IMG/VR virus record: IMGVR_UViG_2724679140_000005
Length of the DNA: 5,573 bases
DNA from: a virus
Taxonomy: Duplodnaviria; Heunggongvirae; Uroviricota; Caudoviricetes
Reading direction: 5' to 3' (one strand)
Of the stretch, positions 5,485-5,573 are shown piece by piece. Numbering within the stretch: the first letter of the stretch is position 1; each line of letters starts with the position of its first letter. Below the pieces are notes generated by a model, which saw only the letters and a list, made by a program, of their open reading frames with translations, was not told the origin of the DNA and ran no database searches. The position numbers were made by a program, and so were the translations under genes.

Positions 5485-5573
5485 TGAAAACGTTATTACC
5501 AAACGTTAATACGTCTGAAGGTTGTTTTGAAATTGGTGTCACTATCAGTAACCCTGTATTTACTGAAGATGCC
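5485..5573 (+). CDS. dicB: DicB cell-division inhibitor, 5' part only (runs off the right edge)
   Basis: ATG 5485 preceded by a GAGGA RBS. N-terminus MKTLLPNVNTSEGCFEIGVTISNPVFTEDA matches DicB as recalled. Confidence 0.8.

Noticed and set aside
5345-5542. Minus-strand 65-aa ORF
   Set aside because: Antisense to the dicF-dicB spacer and the dicB start; no RBS; dicB identification is strong.

Overview
This window reads as the immunity/early region of a lambdoid (Qin/Rac/CP-933P-like) enterobacterial prophage, most likely from Escherichia coli; all family assignments are from memory of protein sequences, not from a search. Leftward (minus strand) from a divergent control region run a Cro-like YdaS homolog, a YdaT homolog, a lambda-O-like replication initiator with two iteron clusters inside its coding sequence, and two uncharacterised coupled genes. 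Rightward (plus strand) run a CI-like repressor that appears to be PaaR2, then the PaaA2 antitoxin and ParE2 toxin (a known three-component toxin-antitoxin system), a second promoter-like region sharing an operator-like motif with the first, ydfA-ydfB-ydfC, a GC-rich structured leader, the DicF sRNA and the start of dicB. The least explained part is an AT-rich ~0.65 kb insert (about 4290-4925) between ydfC and the DicF leader carrying two convergent, 3'-overlapping ORFs of unknown function; this is my best candidate for an undescribed accessory module.
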